Below are positions 63,557 to 64,000 of a stretch of 64,000 bases of DNA, one piece after another. Source of the DNA: Candidatus Collierbacteria bacterium RIFOXYD2_FULL_45_13 (GTDB lineage: Bacteria; Patescibacteriota; Microgenomatia; UBA1400; MFAQ01); contig MFAS01000001.1 in NCBI GenBank assembly GCA_001774685.1, forward strand, positions 287,557-351,556, written 5' to 3'. The translations under genes and the position numbers were made by a program. Positions within the stretch are counted from its first letter, which is position 1. The number at the start of each line of letters is the position of its first letter. The notes beneath the pieces were generated by a model. The model saw nothing but the letters and a program-made list of their open reading frames with translations. It made no database searches and was not told the DNA's origin.

Positions 63557-64000
63557 ATGCAGACAAATGTTCTTCTTTCCTTCCAAAATTCCCTTTCCTT
63601 TGCCGCCAACCAAGTCTTGGTTGGAGTTATTAGTTTTTTGCCTAATATTCTGGGCGCCCTTGTTGTCTTCCTTATCGGTTGGCTCATCGCCGACTGGCTC
63701 AAAACACTCACCACCAAGATTGTTAACGTCACCAGGCTTGGCTCGCTGTTCAAAAACCCCGTTATTACTGATTTCCTCAAAAATGCTCAGGTCTCACAAA
63801 GATTCGAGGACGTGATTGGTGAAATTGTTAAGTGGCTAGTCGTCACCCTGTTCTTTGTGGCCGGTATCAACATCCTTGGTATTACTTCCATCAGCCTGTT
63901 CCTAAACGGTATCATTGCCGGCATTCCCACTCTCATCGCCGCCGTCATTACTCTGGTCATTGGTATCGTAGTTGCCGGGTTCTTGGAAAAAGTCGTCAAG
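63557..64000 (+). CDS. MscS-family mechanosensitive channel-like protein, N-terminal part (partial, continues past window end)
   Basis: Open frame with no stop to the window edge. This frame is not in the ORF track. Two copies of the conserved TM-helix repeat (VISFLPNILGALVVFLIGWLIADWL.. and IVKWLVVTLFFVAGINILG..) typical of MscS-like N-termini. Confidence 0.55.
   Translation, partial: MQTNVLLSFQNSLSFAANQVLVGVISFLPNILGALVVFLIGWLIADWLKTLTTKIVNVTRLGSLFKNPVITDFLKNAQVSQRFEDVIGEIVKWLVVTLFFVAGINILGITSISLFLNGIIAGIPTLIAAVITLVIGIVVAGFLEKVVK

Noticed and set aside
63532-63999. ORF-track frames 63532-63780 (-), 63567-63815 (+), 63787-63999 (-)
   Set aside because: A different plus-strand frame starting at 63557 is open to the window edge and encodes a convincing MscS-type conserved TM-helix repeat. 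The listed frames are overlapping shadow ORFs.

Overview
This 64-kb window is a bacterial chromosomal segment carrying most of the conserved translation/transcription superoperon. The order is alaS, rpoB-rpoC, rpsL-rpsG, fusA-tuf, the S10-spc-alpha ribosomal protein clusters through rpsI, then recA-recX-rny-hup-miaB-miaA. It also has a compact RNase P RNA and a tRNA-Pro(GGG). Several features point to a small-genome, CPR/Patescibacteria-like organism, though this is inference only: no rpmD between rpsE and rplO, a 611-aa AlaRS, a short rpoB, a zinc-ribbon L24, and a compact rnpB. Lineage-specific insertions interrupt the conserved operons at least four times, each with its own promoter and intrinsic terminator: three genes between rpsG and fusA, four between rplO and secY, one between map and infA, and a divergent kinase-like gene after rpsI. 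Other notable elements: (1) a 1738-aa alpha-2-macroglobulin-like envelope protein carrying a 129-aa Hint/BIL-type mini-intein-like domain with a non-canonical +1 Glu, translationally coupled to a Memo-like/CapA-like fusion protein; (2) an intergenic region upstream of recA with tRNA-Pro, a duplicated 60-nt 3' tRNA fragment, two copies of a roughly 70-nt element with compensatory hairpin changes, and several perfect palindromes; (3) a short element with conserved termini found once intergenically and twice in-frame inside miaA; (4) a conserved TTGTGnTAyAATACCCCATAAC promoter motif in front of three unrelated hypothetical genes; (5) many extended -10 promoters (TGnTAnAAT), several positioned to give leaderless mRNAs. 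No CRISPR array, transposase or integrase was seen. All functional calls rest on motif recognition by eye and were not confirmed by any search.
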